A stretch of DNA of 64,000 bases from positions 4,787 to 68,786 of the forward strand of contig CAYGAW010000055.1 of NCBI GenBank assembly GCA_964347945.1, written 5' to 3'. The stretch comes from an uncultured Anaerolineales bacterium (GTDB lineage Bacteria; Chloroflexota; Anaerolineae; UBA7937; B3-Chlor). The position numbers and the translations under genes are program-made. The notes under the pieces are model-generated. The model did no database searches. It had not been told where the DNA came from and worked only from the letters and a program-made list of their open reading frames with translations. Position 1 is the first letter of the stretch. Each line of letters opens with the position of its first letter. Positions 41,524-50,150 of the stretch are shown here, one piece after another.

Positions 41524-43998
41524 CTAGTCCAGCGACGGAAGGCCACTGTGGAAGAGTCCCGACCCGGCAGCGACCAACAAGCGATCACGAGTTACATCAA
41601 CAGTGAACGCTCGCAAGTCGTCGAAGGGATCCACACCGTCGCGGGAAGCACGGAACTGCCTTATGAACTGGCCGTCCCTATTGAACTCTACAATCCGGCC
41701 CTGACTCGGCTCCGCGACGAAGACCGACGACGCATCTGGAAGCGCGAATATGCCCGCAGGATGCTCCAAGGGAGGATATAATCCATCCTGTGGGAAAGGC
41801 TGAGCTGTCCCGCCCGCAAGCTTGATGATAGAGCCATCCGACATTAGCAGGTAGACGAAGCCATCTATGGCCATGTCAATCACGTCAGGCCACTGGACGT
41901 CCACCGGGCCTTGCACATACTCAACTGGCGGATGCAGGTAGTCGTCCCCAGACGGGACGTACTTGATGATACTCTCACGCCCCACGTCAAGTACATAGAG
42001 ATTTCCAGAGTAGGTTCTCAGTGCCTTCGGGCGTTGCCACTGCGCCGCATCGGCGATGGCGACAGGCCGGACGTTGCCGTCTGAGCCCAACTCCAGAATT
42101 TCTCCCTCGGCCGTCAGCATTAGAAGTGCCGGCGTCAGCCGTCCGTTGGCTGCCTCAATCCATTCTATGTCCACGATCTCGGTAGTAGGACCTCCATATG
42201 CCGCTGTCGATAGTTCCCACATCCAAGGCTCTTCATCTGCGAGAAGGACTCCGTCTTGATCCAGCGCATACCGATACAGACGCTGTCCACCCTCGTCGAG
42301 GACGTACAGTTCGTCATCACGGGTCAGCATTCGTCCAGCGACGTGGTCAGGCGTGGCTAACGTGTGCTCTTCGCCGAACATCATCGGGATGGAGCCCGTC
42401 AGCCCGTCCCATTGTCGGTCCATCTCCTCAACTAGTTGCCTCAACTCTACGCTGTCACTCTCATTGATCTGCGACTCGTCAAGCAACCGCTGGGCTTCTG
42501 CGAGCAAAGTCAGAGTGGCCTCGGTGTCGTCCTGTTGGTCTGCCAGCACAAGCTGTTCCCACACTTGGGTCGCCAGTCTCTCTACCTCCGCTTGCTCGAA
42601 CCGAGATCTGACCCGCACGGCAGCGGTGGCCACCAAGACGACAACGCCCAGCATGATGAGAGCTCCTATCAGCGTTCGGCTCCTGCGGGAAGGGTGGAAG
42701 CCGAGGACTCTAGCTCTTGCCATCGGACGCGCCGAGGCCCCGTATGTGACCGTAGCACCCTGTCGTTCCGGCAGGATGTTAATGAGAAGCCCTTTCGACG
42801 CTGCCCAAAGACCGATGAGTGCCATCCGACAACCGTTACCCAGCCGCTCAAGGACGCGGTTCCGCCTGGTCCAGGTGCAGGCTCGGCTCATGAAACCTAG
42901 GCACGATCTGAGCAACCTCAAGGTCCCTGTCCAGAGGCCGAGGAGCAGAGAGATCACCGCAGTCGCGGCCAGCCGAACACTTGCCTGCCGCTGTCCCAAG
43001 AGTTGTTGCGATTGCCGCTGCTTCCGGCCCAGACCCTGCATCTCCCGTCCGTCGAACTCTGCACTCGGCTTCGAGGTACGGACCCTACCGATAGGTTGGA
43101 CTTCTCCCAGAGAGACGTGGTCTTCACACAGGCGGATGCCCTCCATGTCGACAAACGAGCCTGCTGCTGCACCGGCATCGTCGTTGTCCGATTGAAGCGA
43201 CGACACAGATGTCTGCCCCGGAGATGCGACAGTCGTTGTGACACCTGTGCCGTAGTCACCACGACCTTCGGACAGCCAATCGCCGTGGGGGGTCATTCTC
43301 ACAAGCAGTGCTGAAAGGTCAATGTTCTTGCCCAGACGTCTCTCCAGACCTCTCGCTACCCCATCCATCCCGTGTTCGTCCAGGATAGTCGCCAACTCAC
43401 CACCGGCCTGCTGAAACGCGCCCTCGTCGCCGCCGCACATGATCAGCACACACTCACCAGGCAAGATCTGGCGATAGGAGAACTTCGGGTCCGACAGGGT
43501 CTGGCTGTGTCCCAGCAGAGAGCCATTCTCGGGCCAGTTCTGATCGGCGATGGGTTCGCTACGTGGGCTGGGATTGACGAAAGCGCGCACTCGTCCCCGG
43601 CTCAGAATGAGAATGGAATGGGGTCCCACACCACAACCATAGGCATCCATGCCACGTATTGCCACGCAGCCCAGGGCAGCGAGAAGCGCCTGTCCCTTTC
43701 GCCGCACCCGATTCCTAAGGTACAGATACTTGTTGGCGTTCCTTACAGCTTGTCGCAGGCGATTGGTCACTCCACCTTGTGATCGACGGTAGGTCTCTCG
43801 CGCGACTGCCTCTACTCGGTCACAGACGAGTTCTGTACCAGCGCTGGTGTTGACCACATGTGACACTGCGTAGAGTGCGCCCCACTTGTCGGACGCAGTC
43901 GGTGAAGCAGCATCAGACCCAGAGAATCTGCTCACCTTGACCTTGCCGTTGACGACAAGCAACCTAGTAGCCTCCCCACCCAAGTGCTCTTTCATCAT
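41524..43998 (-). CDS. Membrane protein with an N-terminal degenerate PP2C/SpoIIE-like domain and a C-terminal NHL-like beta-propeller
   Basis: The start is moved to ATG 43998/43995 because AGGAGG sits 3-6 nt upstream; the ORF-track start at 44175 overlaps the divergent gene. TM segments occur mid-protein (e.g. TLIGALIMLGVVVLVATAAV). C-terminal repeats include LYVLDEGGQRLYRY, LYVLDVGRESIIKY and VFVAEPSQGRIVEFNRDGQFIRQF. Confidence 0.55.
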   Translation of the reverse strand: MMKEHLGGEATRLLVVNGKVKVSRFSGSDAASPTASDKWGALYAVSHVVNTSAGTELVCDRVEAVARETYRRSQGGVTNRLRQAVRNANKYLYLRNRVRRKGQALLAALGCVAIRGMDAYGCGVGPHSILILSRGRVRAFVNPSPRSEPIADQNWPENGSLLGHSQTLSDPKFSYRQILPGECVLIMCGGDEGAFQQAGGELATILDEHGMDGVARGLERRLGKNIDLSALLVRMTPHGDWLSEGRGDYGTGVTTTVASPGQTSVSSLQSDNDDAGAAAGSFVDMEGIRLCEDHVSLGEVQPIGRVRTSKPSAEFDGREMQGLGRKQRQSQQLLGQRQASVRLAATAVISLLLGLWTGTLRLLRSCLGFMSRACTWTRRNRVLERLGNGCRMALIGLWAASKGLLINILPERQGATVTYGASARPMARARVLGFHPSRRSRTLIGALIMLGVVVLVATAAVRVRSRFEQAEVERLATQVWEQLVLADQQDDTEATLTLLAEAQRLLDESQINESDSVELRQLVEEMDRQWDGLTGSIPMMFGEEHTLATPDHVAGRMLTRDDELYVLDEGGQRLYRYALDQDGVLLADEEPWMWELSTAAYGGPTTEIVDIEWIEAANGRLTPALLMLTAEGEILELGSDGNVRPVAIADAAQWQRPKALRTYSGNLYVLDVGRESIIKYVPSGDDYLHPPVEYVQGPVDVQWPDVIDMAIDGFVYLLMSDGSIIKLAGGTAQPFPQDGLYPPLEHPAGIFALPDASSVFVAEPSQGRIVEFNRDGQFIRQFRASRDGVDPFDDLRAFTVDVTRDRLLVAAGSGLFHSGLPSLD

Positions 43999-44097
43999 CT
44001 GCCTCCTGACGGGCGCCTGGTAACGGAACCCGTTTGTCGCTCGTGAGTACAATAGGCTATAATGGTTCTTGGGCCTACTTGCCTGCCCAAGGTCATC

Positions 44098-44997
44098 ATG
44101 CTCAAGAAGGTGGTTCTGCCCGTCGTCGGGTGCCTGGCTCTCGCTCTCCTCGTCTTGCTGTGGCTTCCTGGCCAAGCCCAGCAGGTGTCACCCACGTACT
44201 TCCCACAGACCGGCCACTATCTTGATGAACCCTTTCTATCTGTTTTTGAAGCGAAGGGCGGACTACAGGCATTGGGTGCCCCGATCACCGAAGCCTTCGA
44301 GGAAGACGGCCTCCTGGTCCAGTACTTCCGACGCGCGCGCATGGAGTGCCCGGTAGGAACCCAGGCCCCAAGCGAAGTACACATGAGTCCGCTGGGAGAA
44401 CTCCTCGGTCATGGAACGCCGCGAACGACCCCAGCCCCAGACGTGATGATCAGGGATGGACTCTGTCGTTACTTCCCGGAAACCGGACACAACATCTGCT
44501 TCAGCTTCCTTGGCTTTTACACGGATCACGGCGGGTCCGACATCTTGGGACTCCCCATTAGCGAACTCACCGTTGAGCCAGGGGTGATCATCCAGTATTT
44601 CCAGCGTGCGCGAATAGAGTGGCATATGGACGCGCCAGCGGACGCTGCAATGAGACTTGGAGCTCTCGGCCAAGAACACTTTGAGGCGACAGGACTGGAT
44701 CCGAACCTGCTCCTGCCCGTGGAATCGGTGACTGTGTCTCCCTCCAGCACCCGGCACATCAACGTGGGAGACAACGTCAGGGTTGGAGACACCGAAGGGG
44801 CAGGCCTGCGGTTGCGATCCGGCCCTGGTCTCGGCCACGATACCATCGAAATGCTTGAGGAAGGCACCACTCTGCGCGTGGTCGGAGGGCCACAGGTTGC
44901 CGACGGCTTCACCTGGTGGTACCTGGAGCACCGCGGAACCCTTGGCTGGTGCGCCGAAGACTGGCTTGAGCCCGACCAGACTGTTGGCTCGCCATAG
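44098..44997 (+). CDS. Secreted protein with two YFxxTGH repeats and a C-terminal bacterial SH3 domain
   Basis: Signal peptide MLKKVVLPVVGCLALALLVLLWLPGQAQQ. The repeats read YFPQTGHYLDEPF...QYFRRARME and YFPETGHNICFSF...QYFQRARIEWH. The SH3b-like C-terminus reads GLRLRSGPGLGHDTIEMLEEGTTLRVVGGPQVADGFTWWYL. Confidence 0.65.
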   Translation: MLKKVVLPVVGCLALALLVLLWLPGQAQQVSPTYFPQTGHYLDEPFLSVFEAKGGLQALGAPITEAFEEDGLLVQYFRRARMECPVGTQAPSEVHMSPLGELLGHGTPRTTPAPDVMIRDGLCRYFPETGHNICFSFLGFYTDHGGSDILGLPISELTVEPGVIIQYFQRARIEWHMDAPADAAMRLGALGQEHFEATGLDPNLLLPVESVTVSPSSTRHINVGDNVRVGDTEGAGLRLRSGPGLGHDTIEMLEEGTTLRVVGGPQVADGFTWWYLEHRGTLGWCAEDWLEPDQTVGSP

Positions 44998-45062
44998 ACC
45001 CTGTCCACACCTAGATCCGAATCCGTCTCTCTCGATCACGAGCTCATTACCCCACTATTCCC

Positions 45063-46415
45063 CTATTCTGGCATCACGAAGCTCCGCCCCAATGTCACCA
45101 CAATGTCACTGCCCTCCTTCAGGTTCGGATCCAGGATGACATACTCGGGGCCCACGCGCAGCAAGGCAGATATGAGGGCAGCCGTGCCAGCCATCTCGCG
45201 ACGACTGGCGATGAACGTTCCGTCGGACTCGATTTGAAGTCCGTCGCTCTCCGCGCGAGCAGTGTATCCGCGCCGACGCAGATAATCGGCGATTTCGATC
45301 GCTAATCCTGGACTGGATGCATCAGCACGTACGAGGATCCGAGCTTCTGCCAGTTCCGGGTCCCAAGACTCAGTGATGACAGGTGAATCCTCCAACAGGT
45401 TAGCTATCATCCCCCGAATGCGCTGCAACCTTGGCAAGAGTACCTGTGCGCCGTCAGGCGCAACGTAGGGGATCGTCAAGGATTCGTCAATCACCCTCAG
45501 CTGCACGTCCTCCAGTTCGATTCGGGTTGCCAGATTGGCCAAGGCCAGCAAATCTTGGGCGGGCAAGTCAGTCGAGAAGGCATCGCGGAACACCGGGAGC
45601 AAATCACGAAGCGAGAAGATTATGTCTAGTCTCAGAGCCTTCTCCCTCATGGCCAAGATCACCTGCTGCTGCCGACGCATCCTGGAGAAGTCACTCGTCT
45701 CGTGACGAGCCCTCACGTATTGCAAAGCGGTCTCGCCATTCATGTGCTGGCTCCCGGCCGGGATATAGATCCTCATGTATCCATAGCTGTCGTCCGGGTA
45801 GCGATCATCGCTGATGGCCTCCGGCACGTCGACCGTGATACCGCCCAAGATGTCTACGATTTGTTTGAAGCATTCGAAATTGAGTGTCCCATAGTAGTCG
45901 ATGGCAACTCCGAAGTTGTGCTCGATGGTCCGCTTCATCAACCCAGGGCCAGCCTCTTCCGTGCCTTCGAACTCTCCGTAGAAGTATGCGCTGTTTATCC
46001 TATTCTCACCGTGTCCCGGGATCTCGACCCAGAGGTCCCGGGCAATTGAAAGCAACGCGACCTCTCTCTCCACCGGGTCCACGCTGGCGATCATGATTAC
46101 ATCGGCCCTACCCGGCAACGCTGAGCCAGGGCGCTGATCAATCCCCATCACCAAGATGTTCACCCTATCGGTGCCCCGCCACATCGGCAACGGCTCGGTT
46201 GCGGGCACCACCGTCTCCACGGGCACAGATCCGGCAGGCCCGTGTTCCGTCCCCGGGGAGCGGTCTATCACTTTCACCGCCTGTCCCGCGCCGTGTGTCA
46301 GACGATAGCCCGTTTGGAAGCCTGTCACCAGAAAGGCTATGGCCAGTATGCTGCTGACAATTCGATCAACCCGGGCAAGCAAGGACGTTCGTTGCCGCGC
46401 AGGCTGTCCAATCAC
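45063..46415 (-). CDS. LytR-CpsA-Psr (LCP) family wall-glycopolymer ligase with a C-terminal LytR_C-like domain
   Basis: N-terminal TM anchor, RVNILVMGIDQRPG...RADVIMIASVDPVEREVALLSIARDLWVEIPGHGENRINSAY. Confidence 0.85.
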   Translation of the reverse strand: MIGQPARQRTSLLARVDRIVSSILAIAFLVTGFQTGYRLTHGAGQAVKVIDRSPGTEHGPAGSVPVETVVPATEPLPMWRGTDRVNILVMGIDQRPGSALPGRADVIMIASVDPVEREVALLSIARDLWVEIPGHGENRINSAYFYGEFEGTEEAGPGLMKRTIEHNFGVAIDYYGTLNFECFKQIVDILGGITVDVPEAISDDRYPDDSYGYMRIYIPAGSQHMNGETALQYVRARHETSDFSRMRRQQQVILAMREKALRLDIIFSLRDLLPVFRDAFSTDLPAQDLLALANLATRIELEDVQLRVIDESLTIPYVAPDGAQVLLPRLQRIRGMIANLLEDSPVITESWDPELAEARILVRADASSPGLAIEIADYLRRRGYTARAESDGLQIESDGTFIASRREMAGTAALISALLRVGPEYVILDPNLKEGSDIVVTLGRSFVMPE

Positions 46416-46482
46416 TGGATTTCTCCTTCAGCCTGACTCAGACTGTGCAACGGCGCGAAAGAGCGCGTCTGCGTCTCTGGGC

Positions 46483-46944
46483 CTATTTCTGGACCCCAGT
46501 GTGCCTCGCCGCCCGGGTGGCAACGACGACGACTATCAGCGCCAGGCCAAGCCCCACCGTCTCCAGCAGGCCAAGCCCTGTCTGAGGCATTCCCGGTGAG
46601 TCCGGGCTAGGGCTGCTCATGCCTGGACCATTCTGACCACCGCCGTTCTCCGGGCCTTCGACTGTCGGACTTGGAGTAGTCGAAGCCATGACCAAAGTGG
46701 GAGTCGGCGCCCGTGTAGGTGTTGCACTGGGCAGCGGCGAAGGAGTAGGAACGTCAGGCTCCTCAAGCACCGGCGTGGGCGAGGCCGCCTCAAGCGGTGG
46801 CATGGCGACCTCCGTGGGGCCAGAGATGAGCCTGAACATCACCAGTCCTCCGATGCCAAGCAGACCCAAGACAAGCGACGCCGTGAGCACGAGTGCAACC
46901 ACCATGAACAACCTGCTACTTCCCGTGTCTGTTCCCTTCTGCAT
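46483..46944 (-). CDS. Small Pro/Thr-rich surface protein with a sortase-type C-terminal sorting signal
   Basis: N-terminal TM or signal segment, a PT-rich region, then MPQTG, a hydrophobic stretch (LGLLETVGLGLALIVVVVA) and a basic tail (TRAARH). Confidence 0.5.
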   Translation of the reverse strand: MQKGTDTGSSRLFMVVALVLTASLVLGLLGIGGLVMFRLISGPTEVAMPPLEAASPTPVLEEPDVPTPSPLPSATPTRAPTPTLVMASTTPSPTVEGPENGGGQNGPGMSSPSPDSPGMPQTGLGLLETVGLGLALIVVVVATRAARHTGVQK

Positions 46945-47021
46945 TTTCCTTCTGAACCTCCTTCAAGCTATGATCACTCTCTCTTCTCTGTAACTGACAG
47001 AAGCTTGGCTTCCACCGAGCA

Positions 47022-50000
47022 CTACTGCCTTTCCACGGCGAACAGATCTTCGTACCGGCTCAGGCCCCGCAGTAGTTCCTCAACGACCTCTGGTTCCATC
47101 CAGTTCGTGACCAACCGAGTGTCAGCCTCAACATCGCCCTCGGTCCCGCCCTGAGTGCCGTTCTCACTGAACGTCAATATCACGACCTCGTGCCTCACAT
47201 CCACCTGGAACGCCTCACCCAGGAAGCGTAGCGTGTAGACGGCATCGGCCCAAACTGGGACCTCGAAGCCACCCGACCCATAGTCCGTCTTCGAGCCACT
47301 GGTGACGCTCACCGAATTGCCCCACGGGTCAACGATGTCCAGGCGTATTCCTTGGCGCGGGAAACATCCAGCTATGGCTCTGACTCCATCGCTCCGAGGT
47401 TGCCGGACCACGCTCATGCTCCACTTCGCTCCGGGCCGCCCAGGACTTGGCTGAGGCGCGGGGGGCGGAACGGGCTCAGGTGAGGGGCCCGGGGACGGAG
47501 GCGCTGGAGCGGGCGGCCGCACCGGGACGGTGATTCCTTGCCGTACGAAACGCGCCATCGCCGACACAGCATCTATGGTTTGCTGGCGCGTGCCGTTTGG
47601 GCCATCGTACCAAGCGGCTGGTTCCTCGCTTCCAGACAGAATCGAAGGGCACACAGCGAACAAGTACTCGGGCAAGCGATCACCGTGGGATAGCATTCCA
47701 TACCTGAACCACGAAAACATGGCCACATGATGGGCCTGATGCAGGAAGTCATCTACCTTGGGATAGCGACGGTCGGTGAGATCACCATACTCCCATCCTC
47801 CTGCGGCACAGATGAAGGGTGGAGCGAAACCCAGTTCATCTTCGAATACCTTCGCATACGCCAGGAATCCCAGGACACAATCATGGTCGTCATTGATGGT
47901 CTGCCCCGGGCGCTGGCCTTCGCGGCGCCAGCGGTTCACTTCCTCTATCGAGCCCGCGAACTCCCACTCGGGATGCTGAACCGGCAACGCGCGCTGGTTG
48001 ATGTCATCGTACGGATAGCGCGCCGGGCGGTTTCGGCCATAGTTGTGGCAGCAGAACCAGCTGTGCCGGAAGATGTGCTCCAGTCCTCGTCTCTTCGCTT
48101 CGCTGATGACCTTTCGCAAGTCCTCGGTCCTATTGACCTGCAGCCCGGGATAGGCATCAGCCTCGACCAGGGACTGCGCTTGCGTCAGCCAGCGTGAGGC
48201 AAACACTTCCATGTCCACGCGACCTGTCTTCCACTCCGTCGCCTTCTCTGGAGCGTTGTACACCTGTATGTAGGCCGGAATCTTCAGCTTCGATAAGATC
48301 CTCGCATCCTTTGCGAAATCATGATCCTCATCGACTAAGCATCTTGGCCGCACCACTGGCATGATGCCCCTCTCCCAGTAGGCCGGGGCCGCCTTTCGCA
48401 GTTGTGCATCCTCCTCAGTGGCCAGCACCACCCATCTCAGGTTGAGCGCCTCCACCCGCGCCAGATCTGTGGCTATGGCCTGGTCCGAGAAATCCAAGCC
48501 TGCATGGATTCCCAGGCCGTTGTCGCCAGGAGGACGCGGCCAATCGGAGTATCCCGTCCTTAGTTCGGGCCAGGTGTCTACAGGCACTCTGTCGGCGCCC
48601 ACAATCTCGACATCGGTATAGTAGTGCGTCAGGATGTCCGCGTAGGTTGCACCCTGCTCCGCCATGGCGATGGCCCCTTGTTGACACATGCCTACGCCGT
48701 GCCCATGCATGGATGGGTAGGGCTTTATGCAAGGTACGCTCCTGCAATAGGGCAAAGCCCGAACCCAAACATCTTCGCTGTTGCGGGTGTGTCCGTCACA
48801 ATGGTCGAAGTAGAAAGCTTGGATCACCTCATCGCCGTGCAGGGCCACTATGTCTGCGGTGTCCTCCACAGCTTTGTCTGTGCTAGGGTACGTATCTGCC
48901 GACCAAGCCTGGCAATGAGTGGTGGTACAGACATCGGCGCTCTGGGCGCTGTGCCTCGGATTCGCCACTGCGAATGCCGCGTAGCAACGGGTGGCCACGG
49001 CCTGGGCCTTGATCGCCTCAATTGGGGCTTCCTCGTCCATCTGTCGCGGGACCACGCCTCGAAGGTACTCTTCGAGACGCATCACCTTGACATTGCCGTC
49101 CGTCGTCAGAACCCTGATCTCCGTCGGTACATGCACGCGGAGTTGGCGCTTCACCTTCGGCAAGGTCTTCAGTCGGACAGCAGTCTGTGGCAAGCGTGGT
49201 TCGCCATTAGGCCTGTACCAACTGTGCCTCACGAAGAAGTTGTCATCCTCTGCTGCCAACAGCCAGAACGCATTGTTGAAGACGTAGTACGGAACGTCGC
49301 CGTTCATCAACATCTGGCACATCGCAGCATGCCGCTCAGCATGTAGAGCTTCGTTGATGGCAGGGGATCGAGGGTCGTCAGCATCCCCCAGCCGCACACC
49401 ATTCTCACAACAGATCATGGGCAGCCGCCGTCCGGTGTACTGGCGGACTATCTCATCGTACCATTCGAACATGTAGAAGCCTGTGTGATCCTCGCAGCCT
49501 GGAGGGCGCTGGAAAGGTTGTGCACAGCGCCAGCGTGCGCTGCCTCCCTTTCCATAGTCCAGCGGCTTGTTGAAGGCATAGTTGTGGATGCCGATAGCCA
49601 TCTTGTCGTACAGGTATTTCTTTCCACGTTGGTTCAGGATGGCCAATGCAGACTTCAAGAAGGAGGTGTCCCAGTAGTCACCGGCCGGAGCCAGAGGGGT
49701 AAACACTGGAATGATCCCGTCCACCGAGTACATTGTTTCTAGGCAAGGTATCAGGAAATCCATGAATCGAGCGGGCAGGCCTTGGGCATTCCACTCGGCC
49801 CACTCAAGCCTGAGGTTGGGTTCGTTGAACGCGTGCACATAGTGCACGCCAAGGGAGGCATAGTACTTGCAGGCCTTGCGCAACCCAGCCTGGTCGATGA
49901 AGGTCACGAATCTCGTGTAGATGCGGATAAGCGGCTCGATGTCGTGGTCAATCAGCCCGCGTAGAAACCACTCGGGGATCGGGTTCACGCCGTCGGACAG

Positions 50001-50150
50001 CACCAATAGCCAACTGGTGCCCATGGCCTTCAACTCCGGCACGAAGGTGTCGAAGTAGCGACGCTCGTAGTGCCATTGATCCGGAAACCAGTGAAACCCT
50101 ATGCCGGTGTCTCCCCTTGGTCTGGGATAGTCGAGCAAGTTCACAATCAT
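47022..50150 (-). CDS. 1042-aa multidomain protein: TIM-barrel glycosidase-like unit 1, SpoIID/LytB-like domain, TIM-barrel-like unit 2 (degenerate), Pro-rich linker, beta-sandwich module
   Basis: Unit 1 has AFNEPNL and ICCENGV. The SpoIID-like segment reads EEYLRGVVPRQMDEEAPIEAIKAQAVATRCYA...GHGVGMCQQGAIAMAEQG (about 48603-49133). Unit 2 has VYNAPEK and ICAAGGW. It is paralogous to 59511..61958. No signal peptide. The start may be GTG 50144. Confidence 0.7.
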   Translation of the reverse strand: MIVNLLDYPRPRGDTGIGFHWFPDQWHYERRYFDTFVPELKAMGTSWLLVLSDGVNPIPEWFLRGLIDHDIEPLIRIYTRFVTFIDQAGLRKACKYYASLGVHYVHAFNEPNLRLEWAEWNAQGLPARFMDFLIPCLETMYSVDGIIPVFTPLAPAGDYWDTSFLKSALAILNQRGKKYLYDKMAIGIHNYAFNKPLDYGKGGSARWRCAQPFQRPPGCEDHTGFYMFEWYDEIVRQYTGRRLPMICCENGVRLGDADDPRSPAINEALHAERHAAMCQMLMNGDVPYYVFNNAFWLLAAEDDNFFVRHSWYRPNGEPRLPQTAVRLKTLPKVKRQLRVHVPTEIRVLTTDGNVKVMRLEEYLRGVVPRQMDEEAPIEAIKAQAVATRCYAAFAVANPRHSAQSADVCTTTHCQAWSADTYPSTDKAVEDTADIVALHGDEVIQAFYFDHCDGHTRNSEDVWVRALPYCRSVPCIKPYPSMHGHGVGMCQQGAIAMAEQGATYADILTHYYTDVEIVGADRVPVDTWPELRTGYSDWPRPPGDNGLGIHAGLDFSDQAIATDLARVEALNLRWVVLATEEDAQLRKAAPAYWERGIMPVVRPRCLVDEDHDFAKDARILSKLKIPAYIQVYNAPEKATEWKTGRVDMEVFASRWLTQAQSLVEADAYPGLQVNRTEDLRKVISEAKRRGLEHIFRHSWFCCHNYGRNRPARYPYDDINQRALPVQHPEWEFAGSIEEVNRWRREGQRPGQTINDDHDCVLGFLAYAKVFEDELGFAPPFICAAGGWEYGDLTDRRYPKVDDFLHQAHHVAMFSWFRYGMLSHGDRLPEYLFAVCPSILSGSEEPAAWYDGPNGTRQQTIDAVSAMARFVRQGITVPVRPPAPAPPSPGPSPEPVPPPAPQPSPGRPGAKWSMSVVRQPRSDGVRAIAGCFPRQGIRLDIVDPWGNSVSVTSGSKTDYGSGGFEVPVWADAVYTLRFLGEAFQVDVRHEVVILTFSENGTQGGTEGDVEADTRLVTNWMEPEVVEELLRGLSRYEDLFAVERQ

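Noticed and set aside
43999-44175. The first 59 codons of ORF 41524..44175, and the 12-codon extension of the + strand ORF (44062-44097), which would make the two divergent genes overlap.
   Set aside because: An AGGAGG sits 3-6 nt before the internal ATGATG at 43998-43993. The + strand gene has a textbook signal peptide starting at ATG 44098. The extensions would also bury the TACAAT and TATAAT promoter boxes at 44048-44063.
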